Positions 13,421 to 26,060 of a stretch of 64,000 nucleotides of DNA are shown here, in pieces. Numbering within the stretch: the stretch's first letter is position 1; the number at the start of each line of letters is the position of its first letter. The stretch is from Lingula anatina (Eukaryota; Animalia; Brachiopoda), in assembly GCA_051362555.1 (NCBI GenBank), contig CM120647.1, positions 16,592,651-16,656,650 of the forward strand, read 5' to 3'. Under the pieces are notes generated by a model. The model saw only the letters and a program-made list of their open reading frames with translations. It was not told where the DNA came from and did no database searches. The position numbers and the translations under genes are program-made.

Positions 13421-15198
13421 TTTTTAAAATATATAATTATAATTATAATAGTTTTTAATATATTTAATTATAATAATATGCCCCCAACAGCCATTATAAT
13501 AAAAATGATAATATGAGTAATAGTAAAGTTTTAATCTGCCAGTGGGTGTGAGTGTATGTGTTATGAAATGCATTAAAAGGGGAAGTTACATTACTACCTC
13601 GGGCTTAAATAAAAATGAAATAAGACTATGACTAAAAGAAAAGTGAAGTTGAAAATTGTGGACAAAAGTACTATGATTAACTATAATATTTACAAAGGTG
13701 TTTGAGAGTCTGGTAAAATCATATACATGTAGGACTTATTCTAAAAGCTTTTTATTGACCAGTGATTTCTGCTTCTAAGATTTAAGTAAAATAAAAGGTA
13801 ATGCAATTAATGAAACATTTTTACTGCTATGGATGTGCCTAGAATTATTCCTTCAATAATTTTAAATTTGACAAAAGAAAGTCTTTCTTTTGACTAGGAC
13901 TAGGTTTTGACAAGGAACAGTTTTTTTTGGTAGTTCTATAAGCTCTGGTAAAATTGCAAACACTTTACATGTGGTAGTAGAGATTTTGTACTTAAGCATT
14001 GACAAAATGTCTCTTTCATCTCTTTTGTACATATAATGGTGAAATTAAAACCTTTTGAACCTCATAGTTATTTAGTTTCTTTGATAAAGAATAACTTCAT
14101 TTATATATTTATACATGTATATGAAATGTCTCATCATTTTAATGTCTTACAGGACTCTCACTTTTAGAAAGATACATGACCTACTGTGATGTGTACAAGA
14201 AGAGGGGTGGTTCGAGTCCTGGCTCAGATGACGACGATCAAGATGTACTGTACCAACGTCAAGGCCATTACAACCCATTCCTCCTTACAAAACTCCTCAA
14301 AAACTACAGATCACATCCTGCTATCCTCAAACTTCCAAACGAACAGTTCTACGACAACGAGCTAGAAGCCTGTGCTGACTGACTTGCCAGGGAGTCCCTC
14401 TGCAACTGGGAAGGTTTACCAAAAATGGGGTGTCCCTTTGTATTCCATGGAGTGGTTGGGGAGGACATGAGGGAGGAAAGGAGTCCATCATTCTTCAATC
14501 CAGAAGAAGCAACTATTGTGTTGGGATATGTGGAGAAGCTACTGGAGGCCAGAGGCATCCGAGTCTTGCAGAATGAAATTGGAATTATTTCCCCCTACAG
14601 AAAACAAGTGAGGGAAATATGACAGAGCTTATTCCATGATGAATACAGGCAACCCCTCCCCAGTCCCTCTCCCTTTTCAAGTTACTAACAACAGTTTGCA
14701 ATATCAAATCAGGCTTCACGCCAAATGCCAATTAATTGAAGCTGCCTAGTAAAACTTTGCAAATTTGTTTACAATTATTAACTGGGCCTTTTTGTTGAGT
14801 TAGGGCAATAGATTCTAAGAATGTGGCGTAGCTCTAAAGAGCCAGTAGTCAACATTCTTTAAAGGTCCAACATTCCATTTACCTTAAAGTACAGCCACAA
14901 TACATCTGAGTTAATAGTATGTTATAGATATGGTACTGTTAGGCTTATGAAAAGTCCTACTTTAACTACAGAAGTGTACATGTGATAAAGTATAAAGAAA
15001 AATTTAAAAAATTAAAATTAAAATTGTGGTGAATTTGCTCACTCCCATCTCACATGGCAAATTCAATTACTAATCCACCTGAGCTTGGTTATAATGTAAT
15101 GTACTAACAATATGCTGCCTGTTCAGAGTTATGGCTAACTACTAGTAAAATAAGATAAAGATAAAGTAAATGCTGAATGTAACGGATGAGTATTAAAT

Positions 15199-15363
15199 CA
15201 GACGCGTAGCCAGGGGGGTTCGGGGGTTTTAAAGAACTGCCACTTTTGCTGGGAAAAGGTCCACTGTGGGTAAAATTTGATCTAGGAACATGAAGTTTTT
15301 ATGGAAAAAGGTCCACTTTTTCAGAAAAAAAAACCCCTTTTGAAATTGCTGGTTACGGGCCTG
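15199..15363. mobile_element. Short hAT-like MITE with 5-bp TSD (TAAAT)
   Basis: TIRs CAGACGCGTAGCCAG / CTGGTTACGGGCCTG; TAAAT at 15194-15198 and 15364-15368. Confidence 0.65.
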
Positions 15364-15616
15364 TAAATGCACAGACATCCCTTTTTATTCTCTCCACAGG
15401 TTCAAAAACTGAGGCAACTGCTGTTCAAGAAAAACTTTCGGGACATAAAGGTGGGCAGTGTGGAGGAATTTCAGGGTCAGGAGAGACGGGTCATCATGGT
15501 GTCCACCGTGAGGAGTAACCCCGATTACCTGGCTCTGGACGCAGAGTTCAAGCTGGGCTTTTTAAAGAACCCAAAGGTCAGTCATTTGTACACTTATGCA
15601 TGTGGACACACAAACT

Positions 15617-15900
15617 GGGGTAGAGTTAACACTGCCCAATTAAGCCAAATGCTAAAACTGACTTCAATTGGCTAAACAAAATAGGGTTGATTTGACTTAT
15701 TTTAGTCAAATTTAAACCATTTTGGAGAAAAGAGTGATGAAAAAGTAGTAATTTGGCTTTAGAAAAAATTGCTAGTGCCACCTCAGCATATGGTAATAAC
15801 TTGATTTTTTTCAGTGGGGGGGAAATCGTGAATTTTACAGATGCGGTATTTTTTAGGCCATTAATTTTTAAAATTTTGATACTCCTACCCAATTCCTATT
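15617..15900. repeat. Dispersed repeat, second copy at ~47104-47270
   Basis: Shared CCAATT(A/C)AGCCAAATGCTAAAACTGA...TTGGCTAAACAAAATAGGGTTG block in the MOV10 and DENND3 introns. Confidence 0.6.
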
Positions 15901-17274
15901 GGATGGTCACAACAGAATAAAAAAGTAAGCTTCTCTATAGTTCTAATCTGTGCAGTAAGAGTACCACTAATACTATATACTTTATGTGTTTATAAAGGTA
16001 TACATTTGAAAGTTTGATAATTTTTGCCCATTGAAAAGATAGTGTCATTACCATGATTGTGCTGTGGCATGTGTACATGCGTGAACACATAATTCATAAG
16101 ACTTTGTACATGTGGATGTGCACACACATATTTTGAAATGTAAGGTTATTTAAACAGCTATAGTCCATACTATTTTCATCACCATTTCTTTCCACTATGG
16201 CACTGCAGAGACTATGCCATGTGATGCGGAATTCACAGAAGAGATATGAACAGTTAGTCTCAGACTATACTGTCTTCAGTGTTCACCCGCACATACAGTT
16301 ACATGTGGGATTAATTTTTTTTTCAGAGGTTTAATGTGTCGATCACAAGAGCAAAGGCCCTATTGATTGTTGTAGGGAATCCGTTTCTTCTTTCGCAATA
16401 TGAACATTGGAACAGGTGAAGTGAATTATTTTAATTTATTTGATCAGTAAGCAAAAAAAGTTCAATCAAATTATAAGACTTTTTCAAACCAAACACAAAT
16501 CAGCCATGTTAGGTTCAAAATTTTTTTCCTTTATTTAATCTTTATTTAATCTCATTGTTTCTAAGAACTCTTGTTCAGACAGACAGACAAACCAACAAAA
16601 AAAGAAATGTTAAGGATTTAATAAAGTTCATAAATTAAATTTTTAATGTTTGTTCAGACAGACTGACAAAAAAAAACAGAGGATAGAAAGATTAAAAAGA
16701 GAAAGCTATCATGTTTTAGTTCAGACAGACTGTTAAATGAAAAAAAATAGAAAAAAAGGAAAGTTAAAAAACATGTAAATTAAACTCCAAACTGATAGAC
16801 AAAATAGTGTCTACTAGGCAATTATTTCTTTTATTGTGAATGAAAGTCCATAAAGAAAGACAAAAGAAAGTAGGCAATTCTTTCTTTATTTTCAACTTCT
16901 CTTTGGTGTAGTTTCCTTAAGTACTGCCTCGAGAAAAAAGCGTACACAGGATGTGATTACGATGACCCTACTGATCAGCTCGACGATGTCGTAGAGAGGT
17001 TTGCTGCAGTGAATATTAAGCAGTCAGGTACGAGCAGGATTTATTGCAATCAATTTCTCTGTTGAATATTTTATTTTCTCAGATTATTGGCTATAAATAA
17101 TCTAAATCATTAGGACTGAAAAGTCAGAATTTCAAATAAATTGCATGCACATGTACTATCTACTAGCTGTCATCTTGCATTTTCATTACTTAAAGTCCAT
17201 TTTCAAGAGTAACTATTTTCTTCTTGTCTGTCATGTTATTCAGACGTACGACAAGTAATGTGTCCAAGATTTAT

Positions 17275-17276
17275 TG

Positions 17277-17313
<37 letters not shown>
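17275..17313. repeat. (ATT)n microsatellite
   Basis: Directly visible. Confidence 0.9.
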
Positions 17314-17314
<1 letters not shown>

Positions 17315-19750
17315 TGCACTATTTAAACTTTTTTGGGAATATATTATTTTTCAAGATGTAACCATGGATGTCAGCCAGGTTCAGTTGCAAGAGGACCCCG
17401 AGTGGAGAGGAGAGGCCTAATTTTAACTCTGTATTCTCAACTGTATTCTCAACTCAGATTCTTCTGTGATCAAGAGGAAATGCAAGATCTTTTACTAGGG
17501 GACCCTGAATTTGAAAATCAAAATATTATGACGAATAAGACATGGAGGCTAGAGAAACTGATATAATATAATATAATATTGTTGACCACGATATAAAGCT
17601 GCCTCATGTATATTAAACTATGACATCTACCTGTAAACGCAGACTTATCAAACCTTGCAAGTTCATCTTTTTTTCTGGAGAATGGTACATTCAAGTGACA
17701 TGACGTTTATTATGAAACAATTGAGGATATTACTTACTTAAGCCATATTTTATGGTGCTTGAAACTGTGGGCATTTTTTGTCACTTGATTTTAGAGAGAT
17801 TTTGATAGATATCATGTAGTCAGATTAGGTACAACTCTGTTAAAGAACTTGTGAATCACTAATTGTATGAAAATAATCAAAATTGGGGTTTGAATAATGC
17901 TTCAATAATTGTCTTAATCATTTTGACTTGAGCCTATTTTATCTGTGAATATCAAATTTTAATATTTTTAATAACATTTTATCAGTGTATTTCAGATATG
18001 CTTTATGAAAAAGTTTTAAATTGACAGGAGTATTTTTATAATAAGTCAGTTTTAGAAATCAAATTGATTCTATACTAGTGAAAATGTAAAATTCCAGAGT
18101 ATATTTTTAACCAATGCTTTCTGTAATGTATCATACAGTGTGACTGTGTTTGTTCTCACCCTATGGGGAGGCAGATCCTTCAAACTAACTATTCCTTGCA
18201 CTTGCTTTACTAAATGTTTGAAGCTGGTTTGTAGTCTAAAATCTGAGCCTATAAAGACTTAGCTGGCTAAGTTGCACTTCACAGTTGTAAGAATCTTACA
18301 GATAGCCTAGGCCAGAAATAACTGATAAGTTGCAATGACTCACTGTAAAAAAGGTTGGTAGATTGCATGAATCTATTTGTGGTCTAAATTTTGTCTTTTA
18401 TGCATATGTTTAATGAGAATAGCATCCAAAGGTTAAGGTTGGGCTTTCACTACACCAATCCCCTATTCCCCAAGAAAAGGTGCAAGAAAAGTTCTGATTT
18501 AATCAAAACTAGAGTATTGTTCGCTCATTAACCAAGTTATCAATTTTTCCTCATTTTTTCCATTCTTTTTACTTTCCTTTGATTTACATTTTGATTGTCT
18601 TGGCAAGTCTTTTACTTGCAGTGGTGTCAGTAGCCCATTTATGTATATTCTACTCATCAACTGTGGACCAATCATTCTTAAAAAATTGTAGTTGTAAGAC
18701 AATATCGCAAAGTTGACTTTGTATAGTTGACTATCCAGATTTAGCAGTCTAAGCTTAATTTTTTTGTGAAACGGTTCCCTTTTTTTCAATGAGCCAGTAT
18801 ACAGTACCTAATCAGTATTGAATTTACATATTTTATCTTTATCAGCACAATAAGAATCTTGCCATCTACTTTGAATTTTCATTGTTATTAACATTTTAGA
18901 ATTGTTATGGAATTAAGCTAATTATGTTATCAGTAAGAACAAGATGTTATTATAATGATACATTTATGTACTGTGTAGATGCCAGTGCACTACTAAATTA
19001 TGAGGAGAAATTTTTAATATTTTTTGGGATGGAGGAAACACAATTAATGAGGTTTTGGGGATTATCTTAATTTTGTGCAAAATTGGGCAACAGACAATGG
19101 TTATTTATATACTGAAAATATATCAATAAAGCAAAAAAGAATGATAGTGCTAAGCTTTGTGGTGGAACCAAAATTTTAAGAAACAGATTTTGTGGGGTTG
19201 CAAAATATCGTGTGTATCACGTCTATAGACCAAGCAGTATAAAAAACCTTATAATTCTTGCAAGTGGTTTCTTCTTAGTAATTTGGACATTTAAGGTAAA
19301 TTGAGGACAACACCGCTTCACTAAGAAATGACGTAAAGTCACAAACTACAACGAAGATGGACTGTGAATTATACAAAAGTAATGTCTGATCGGAGAGTGG
19401 GGGTGCATTCGAAACACATGACCTATTGTCACTCTTACGTAGTTTTTTTTTAATTACACATACACCATAATAATAACTTTAGCTAGAAGACACATTTTGT
19501 ACGCCTAGTTCTAAGGACATAAGCCTACGGATGTATCCAATATATATTAGATGGGGTTGGGTTTTTTTACCCCTCCTAAAATAAATTTTAAAACTCGGTC
19601 AGAACTTATAATTTGATATTAAATAACTTAATTATAAATTTATAATTGTATATATATGCATTTAAAAAAGTCATCAAATCACGTTCCAAGACCTAAATAT
19701 TTTCGTAATGTACGCCTTATGACACTTGATAACGTTCACGTGATTCAGAT

Positions 19751-20053
19751 GAAGACAAAATGTGTCAAAAATATCTGAAATCTATATTGGGAAAGGGTTT
19801 AAGGGAATGATGTAAGGCACATGAGTAAACTGTGGTCACATAAAGAGATAATTCTAGTTTTTTATGTAATTATGCAAACATTTTCCGACTCATGCATGCC
19901 TCAAAGTATGGGAAGTTTAAATATTTTAAATATCGAAGGCTTTAAAAATATCCAATGTGGATAATATTTACACGTTTTTAATACTAACAAAAATTAGACT
20001 GCTTTAAATAGGTATTACGACATGCACGTTTATTTTTGACACATTTTGTCTTC
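19751..20053. repeat. Perfect 23-bp inverted repeat pair
   Basis: GAAGACAAAATGTGTCAAAAATA (19751-19773) and TATTTTTGACACATTTTGTCTTC (20031-20053). Confidence 0.8.
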
Positions 20054-20590
20054 AACTTCGGTTGAATTTTTCACAGTAATGAATGTTTGCTAATTGCTTT
20101 CTAAGAGAATGCAGTTTTTGCCGTTTAAAAAATTTGACTTTTCCCTGTCACCATTTCGTCTAGCTAATCGTGGATGTAACTATATGTAACTATAAATTAT
20201 AGATTCTATCAATGGCTAAAATATTACAAAAAAACATCAAACAACTGAAAATAATGACCCGCGACAAAAGACGCATCGAAAAGTTTCTTTTTTCAATTTT
20301 TAAAAACCGGGCGACACCTCGAAGGTGGCCGCATTATTGCGTTATTCAAAAAATTCTAGTTATTTTCGGAGACGTTAAAACGTCAGATTTAGTTGCTAGG
20401 CTGATGTAAGTAAAGTTTCACTTGGACAAACAATTCTTACGTTTAGTAATATAAAAAAGGTAAATGGGCCTACACATATACTTGTATTATCTTTATAAAA
20501 AATCTTTTTCTGTTTCTGCTCAACTCATAACTCATGTTACTGGTGTGGGAGTACTGATAACCCGACGCCATGAAGGGAGATGTCAGTTGT

Positions 20591-20909
20591 TAATTATTAC
20601 CTAAATCAGTAGACGTTTTGAATATAGACATATACATTCACTCGTTTCTTCTGCCTTGCATTAGTAATATGATCCACTGCTGCTATCTTCCAGGCTATTA
20701 ATTATTACCTAAATCAGTAGACGTTTTGAATATAAAAATATACATTCACTCGTTTCTTCTGCCTTGCATTAGTAATATGATCCACTGCTGCTATCTTCCA
20801 GGCTATTAATTATTATCTAAATCAGTAGACGTTTTGAATATAAAAATATACATTCAGTCGTTTCTTCTGCCTGGCATAAGTAATATGATCCACTGCTTCT
20901 ATCTTCCAG
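20591..20909. repeat. Tandem repeat, 3 x 108 bp
   Basis: Unit starts at 20591, 20699 and 20807 (TAATTATTACCTAAATCAGTAGACG...). Confidence 0.9.
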
Positions 20910-21452
20910 TTTTGTAAATCAATATAATTTGTTTTTTCATTTTTCAGAATAACAAGTCAGCTGATTACAAAATGTGTTTCAGAGTACTTGGGTGACTGAA
21001 CATGCTAAGTCCAGTGTACTTCCAATTGTCTCTCTACAATTCACTACAATCAGAACAACCATACTCCCTCAGGCTGCCTCAAAAATGCAGTCACCCTACG
21101 CCAAATTACATTATCCACATTTTGGATCAGTGTTCAAATACACGCACACTAAAGCCTGCGAGAAGTTCACAGCTACCAGCTTAACGGACATCGTACCTAT
21201 AAAAATTTTAGGGAGAAGGTATGTTGCTCAGAAATTTTAATCAAATTTGCCTGCACATTTCACAGACATTGCTTAGAACTTATTACTCTTATTATAAACA
21301 AACTGACAGGCAGAATAATCAAAATATAAAATATAAAAGAAAATGTATATGTTGATAAGATATCATTACCAACTTTGCGCATCACTATCAAAGGCCATCC
21401 CCTTTGAACAAGTTGACCATTGGTGACAACAAGAACGCCATCATGTGACTAT

Positions 21453-21530
21453 ACGTCAACAAAGGTATAAAAGCGCAAAATTTTAAAAGTGCGTTCACTC
21501 AACAGCGGACAGATCTAGAGCAACAGGACG
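21453..21530 (+). promoter_or_regulatory. Pol II core promoter: TATA box + initiator
   Basis: TATAAAAG at 21466-21473; Inr-like TTCACTC with A(+1) at 21497, i.e. TATA at -31; ACGTCA half-CRE just upstream; CpG-richer sequence follows. Confidence 0.6.
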
Positions 21531-21854
21531 GATGCCATGTGCTGCGCCCTGTATCAAGCACAAAGGACACGGGAGTCGACTCCCATTTCTCCGAATCTTC
21601 TACTCATCCTACGTCAACGCATCGCTCTTCGACATATTGTTCCCTGCACACGCAGACGTCTAGACGGTGGATTCGGCGTTTCTCTTAGCTGGCCAGCTAA
21701 AATCTTCGCTTCTCCCCACGAGGAATCGTCGCTCGGTCATCTTCGCAGGATACTTCACCTTTTTGCTGTCGTGGGCTGGAGTCGTAGTGTCATTGCATAT
21801 TCCCATGCTTTCCAGGTTTCTTTTTATTACAGGTCCAGGAAGCAGACTGCAAAC

Positions 21855-23170
21855 TGGTGGGCGCCACCTGTGGGACTTCGACTACACTCCTTAAGGTATG
21901 TAATCTTTTTTTCTTTTTGGAAGGGGGGTTTGAGAAATGAAAGAAATCTAATCTCGTTTTTATTTCTGTTTACAGGACATAGAAGATGATGGGCGCCACC
22001 TGTGGGACTTCGACTACACTCCTTAAGGTATGTCATCTTTTTTTCTTTTTGGAAGGGGAGTTTGAGAAGTGAAAGAAATCTAATCTCGTTTTTATTTCTG
22101 TTTACAGGACATAGAAGATGATGGGCGCCACCTGTGGGACTTCGACTACACTCCTTAAGGTATGTAATCTTTTTTCTTTTTGGAAGGGGGGTTTGAGAAA
22201 TGAAAGAAATCTAATCTCGTTTTTATTTCTGTTTACAGGACATAGAAGATGATGGGCGCCACCTGTGGGACTTCGACTACACTCCTTAAGGTATGTAATC
22301 TTTTTTTCTTTTTGGAAGGGGAGTTTGAGAAATGAAAGAAATCTAATCTCGTTTTTATTTCTGTTTACAGGACATAGAAGATGATGGGCGCCACCTGTGG
22401 GACTTCGACTACACTCCTTAAGGTATGTAATCTTTTTTTCTTTTTGGAAGGGGAGTTTGAGAAATGAAAGAAATCTAATCTCGTTTTTATTTCTGTTTAC
22501 AGGACATAGAAGATGATGGGCGCCACCTGTGGGACTTCGACTACACTCCTTAAGGTATGTAATATTTTTTTTCTATTTGGAAGGGAAGTTTGAGAAATGA
22601 AAGAAATCTAATCTCGTTTTTATTTCTGTTTACAGGACATAGAAGATGATGGGCGCCACCTGTGGGACTTCGACTACACTCCTTAAGGTATGTAATCTTT
22701 TTTTCTTTTTGGAAGGGAAGTTTGAGAAATGAAAGAAATCTAATATCGTTTTTATTTCTGTTTACAGGACATAGAAGATGATGGGCGCCACCTGTGGGAC
22801 TTCGACTACACTCCTTAAGGTATGTAATCTTTTTTTTTCTTTTTGGAAGGGGAGTTTGAGAAATGAAAGAAATCTAATATCGTTTTTATTTCTGTTTACA
22901 GGACATAGAAGATGATGGGCGCCACCTGTGGGACTTCGACTACACTCCTTAAGGTATGTAATCTTTTTTTCTTTTTGGAAGGGAAGTTTGAGAAATGAAA
23001 GAAATCTAATCTCGTTTTTATTTCTGTTTACAGGACATAGAAGATGATGGGCTCCACCTGTGGGACTTCGACTACACTCCTTAAGGTATGTAATCTTTTT
23101 TTCTTTTTGGAAGGGAAGTTTGAGAAATGAAAGAAATCTAATCCCGTTTTTATTTCTGTGTACAGGACAC
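21855..23170 (+). repeat. Tandem array of ~10 x 132-bp exon+intron units
   Basis: Period 131-134 bp. Each unit is the 52-nt GACATAGAAG...CCTTAAG plus a 79-82-nt intron GTATGT...CTAAT...TTTCTGTTTACAG. Confidence 0.95.
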
Positions 23171-23226
23171 AACTGCAAGGAGACACCCCACATCTACACT
23201 TAAGCTACTTCGACCATCCCTTGGAG

Positions 23227-23449
23227 CCAGCGAGTCCTGCCATGGTCTCTCTACGAGGTGGCTTCACTGGGGAAGCGTCCAGCGAGTCCTGCCATGGTCT
23301 GTCTACGAGGTGGCGGCACTGGGGAAGCGTCCAGCGAGTCCTGCCATGGTCTGTCTACGAGGTGGCTGCACTGGGGAAGCGTCCAGCGAGTCCTGCCATG
23401 GTCTGTCTACGAGGTGGCTGCACTGGGGAAGCGTCCAGCGAGTCTTGTC
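23227..23449 (+). repeat. Tandem 52-bp GC-rich repeat, array 1 (4 full + partial)
   Basis: CCAGCGAGTCCTGCCATGGTCTGTCTACGAGGTGGCTGCACTGGGGAAGCGT at 23227, 23279, 23331, 23383 and 23435. Confidence 0.95.
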
Positions 23450-23613
23450 ATATGGTGTTTCAATGAGATGTAAACCACTTAAAGGTAAGCCTGACTGCAG
23501 AGTGCTGACATAGTATGAAAAGTCATTAATTCATTTTTCTTTCTGTTGACAGAACACAACTGCAAGGAGACGTCCCACATCTACACTTAAGCTACTTTGA
23601 CCATTCCTTGGTG

Positions 23614-24120
23614 CCAGCGAGTCCTGCCATGGTCTGTCTCTTTGATGTGGCTACACTGGGGAAGCGTCCAGCGAGTCCTGTCATGGCCTGTCTACGAGGT
23701 GGCTGCATTAAGGAAGCGTCCGGCGAGTCGTGCCATGGTCTATCTGCGAGGTGGCTGCACTGGGAAAGCGTCCAGCGAGTCCTGCCATGGTCCGTCTACG
23801 AGGTGGCTGCACTGGGGAAGCGTCCAGCGAGTCCTGCCATGGTCCGTCTACGAGGTGGCTGCACTGGGGAAGCGTCCAGCGAGTCCTGCCATGGTCCGTC
23901 TACGAGGTGGCTGCACTGGGGAAGCGTCCAGCGAGTCCTGCCATGGTCTGTCTACGAGGTTGCTGCACTAGGAAGCGTCCAGCGAGTCCTGTCCAACGTT
24001 TCATGGCAACTGCAAGGAGAAGAGGGCCACGTGCACACTTCCGATACATCCCTCAAACCTTGGTGCCAGTGAGTCCTGCCACGGTCTGTTGAAGAGGCTG
24101 CATTGGAGAAGCGTCTGAAG
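23614..24120 (+). repeat. Tandem 52-bp GC-rich repeat, array 2 (~7 full + diverged copies)
   Basis: Units at 23614, 23668, 23720, 23772, 23824, 23876, 23928 and 23979, diverged at 24066; another diverged copy at ~24650. Confidence 0.95.
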
Positions 24121-25453
24121 CATATGGTGTTTTACTGAGGCGGAAAAACCTGCAAGGTAACCCGTGTTACTGGCGAGAACAATACACTAAAATTAATTTT
24201 TCAGCAGCAGTCTGTGCCATAAACTTTTCACCCTACTGGCCATTCAGTCCACCTTCTTTCCTAAAAACTAGATATAGATGTCTGAATCTTGATTCACTGG
24301 TTCGAATACAAAGTTCAATAGGACTAGACTGGATTGCATTAATATTTGTATTAACAAGACCTTGACATTTTTCTCGAATCATGATGTAACAGTTACATTT
24401 AAAATAAATCAAAAGCTCTTCTTCATACTTATAGAAAAAATCTAACAGCCATGTCACCAAATTGACACATTCTGGAAATCTACCGATTCCAACAATTTTT
24501 CTGGCTGCAGACTGCTTTTGATATACAATTTTTGAAAACTAATCAAATTTTCCTTTCTATTTATAGAACTCAATTAGGGCAATTCCTGATAAAGTCCCGC
24601 TTTTTTGAAAGAGGTGCAAGAAGAGGGTCACATTCAATCCTTGGTGCATGGTTGAGTCCTGCCATGGTCTGTATGTTAGGGGGCTGCATGGGGGGAGCAT
24701 CAGAAGCATATGGCGTTTCACAGAGATGGAAACCTATCAAGCCTTAAAAGGTACATATCACTCATGTTTTTGGGGGAAAACAAAACACTTAAGTGATTTT
24801 TCATACCTTGAAAAACTAAAAACCGTTAGCCACATTAATTTGACAGCTCACATTCAGAAGGCAATGTCTTTTACCCATGACCCACTCCTAGGATTAAGAT
24901 ATTTATGGTTAGTAGATTGGATTTGGGTGGGAGAAGTAAAGAGGGAAACTTTTGACTTATAATTTTTTATTTTGTAGTTGAGGCAGATAGCATTGGCGAG
25001 CGCCTGTCCTGATGACGGTCCATTTTAACAAGGTTAACAAGGCTAAAATGGAGAAAGCCATGTCAACTATATCGTATAGTGTTTCAAGAGCCCTTCAGTA
25101 GTTGTGATTTGAGAGCATTCAAGGTAAGTTATGGGACAGGATAAGGCTAAATGAACTAGATTGTCATCCATTGTATAGATAATACAAATCTTTTATCAGT
25201 GCAACTCCAACAAACTGAGCATTTTGTGCAAGGTCTTAGACAATTGTTTTAAGAATGTTTAGGACCTGTCACTCGGTGCAGGCATTTGTTTTCTATTTCG
25301 ATTTACTCTAGCAAATTCAGTGCTCATTTTTCACAGGTAAAAAGCTCTTTTAATTTGTCACAGATGTGGAAAAACCTTATCATTCATACAAAATATTTTG
25401 ACATGCCATTCTTCAACTTTCAGATCCTCAACAGTCTCAATATTCTGCAGGAC

Positions 25454-26060
25454 GTTGTCAATGGTCCAGATCACTTGGAGCTACCGCCCCCACCACCCAC
25501 CACCACCAATGTGACTCCGGGGCGTGGTCACTGGTCCAGATTACTTGGAGCTACCGCCCCCACCACCCACCACCACCAATGTGACTCCGGGGCGTGGTCA
25601 CTGGTCCAGATTACTTGGAGCTACCGCCCCCACCACCCACCGCCACCAATGTGACTCTGGGGCGTGGTCACTGGTCCAGATTACTTGGAGCTACGGCCCC
25701 CACCACCCACTGCCACCAATGTGACTCCGGGGCGTGGTCACTGGTCCAGATTACTTGGAGCTACAGCCCCCACCACCCACCACCAACAATGTGACTCCGA
25801 GGCGTGGTCAGTGGTCCAGATTACTTGGAGCTACCGCCCCCACCACCCACCACCAACAATGTGACTCCGAGGCGTGGTCAGTGGTCCAGATTACTTGGAG
25901 CTACCGCCCCCACCACCCACCACCACCAATGTGACTCCAGGGCGTGGTTACTGGTCCAGATTACTTGGAGCTACCGCCCCCAACACCCACCACCAATGTG
26001 ACTCCGGGACGTTGTCACTGGTCCAGAAATTGTATACTAGCAGCTACCACCCCCACCTCC
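25454..26060 (+). repeat. Tandem 70-bp repeat (8 full + partial)
   Basis: GGTCCAGATTACTTGGAGCTACCGCCCCCACCACCCACCACCACCAATGTGACTCCGGGGCGTGGTCACT at 25463, 25533 ... 25953, 26020. Confidence 0.95.

Larger units (their letters stand above)
14153..17420 (+). pseudogene. MOV10: MOV10-like UPF1-family (SF1) RNA helicase, C-terminal fragment with an in-frame TGA; 5' exons absent
   Basis: Exons 14153-14607, 15400-15576, 16327-16415, 16912-17027 and 17356-17420. Motifs [111 protein letters not shown] and C-terminal QEDPEWRGEA* (cf. human ...EPEWRNEL*). TGA at 14380-14382. No upstream helicase exons seen between 5078 and 14153. Confidence 0.85.

Noticed and set aside
14380-14382. Selenocysteine codon in MOV10
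   Set aside because: The position is not a conserved Cys as far as I recall, no SECIS was recognised, and CGA>TGA mutation is simpler.
24991-25064. Hammerhead ribozyme (CTGATGA...stem...GAAA in exon 24978-25123)
   Set aside because: There are three extra bases between CTGATGA and stem II, no U-H cleavage triplet opposite GAAA and no stem I; the segment looks like a diverged 52-nt repeat. An Infernal search or cleavage assay would settle it.
21855-26060. CRISPR-like array interpretation of the regular repeats
   Set aside because: The units are contiguous near-identical tandem copies without unique spacers, there are no cas genes, and the context is a eukaryotic intron-rich genome.
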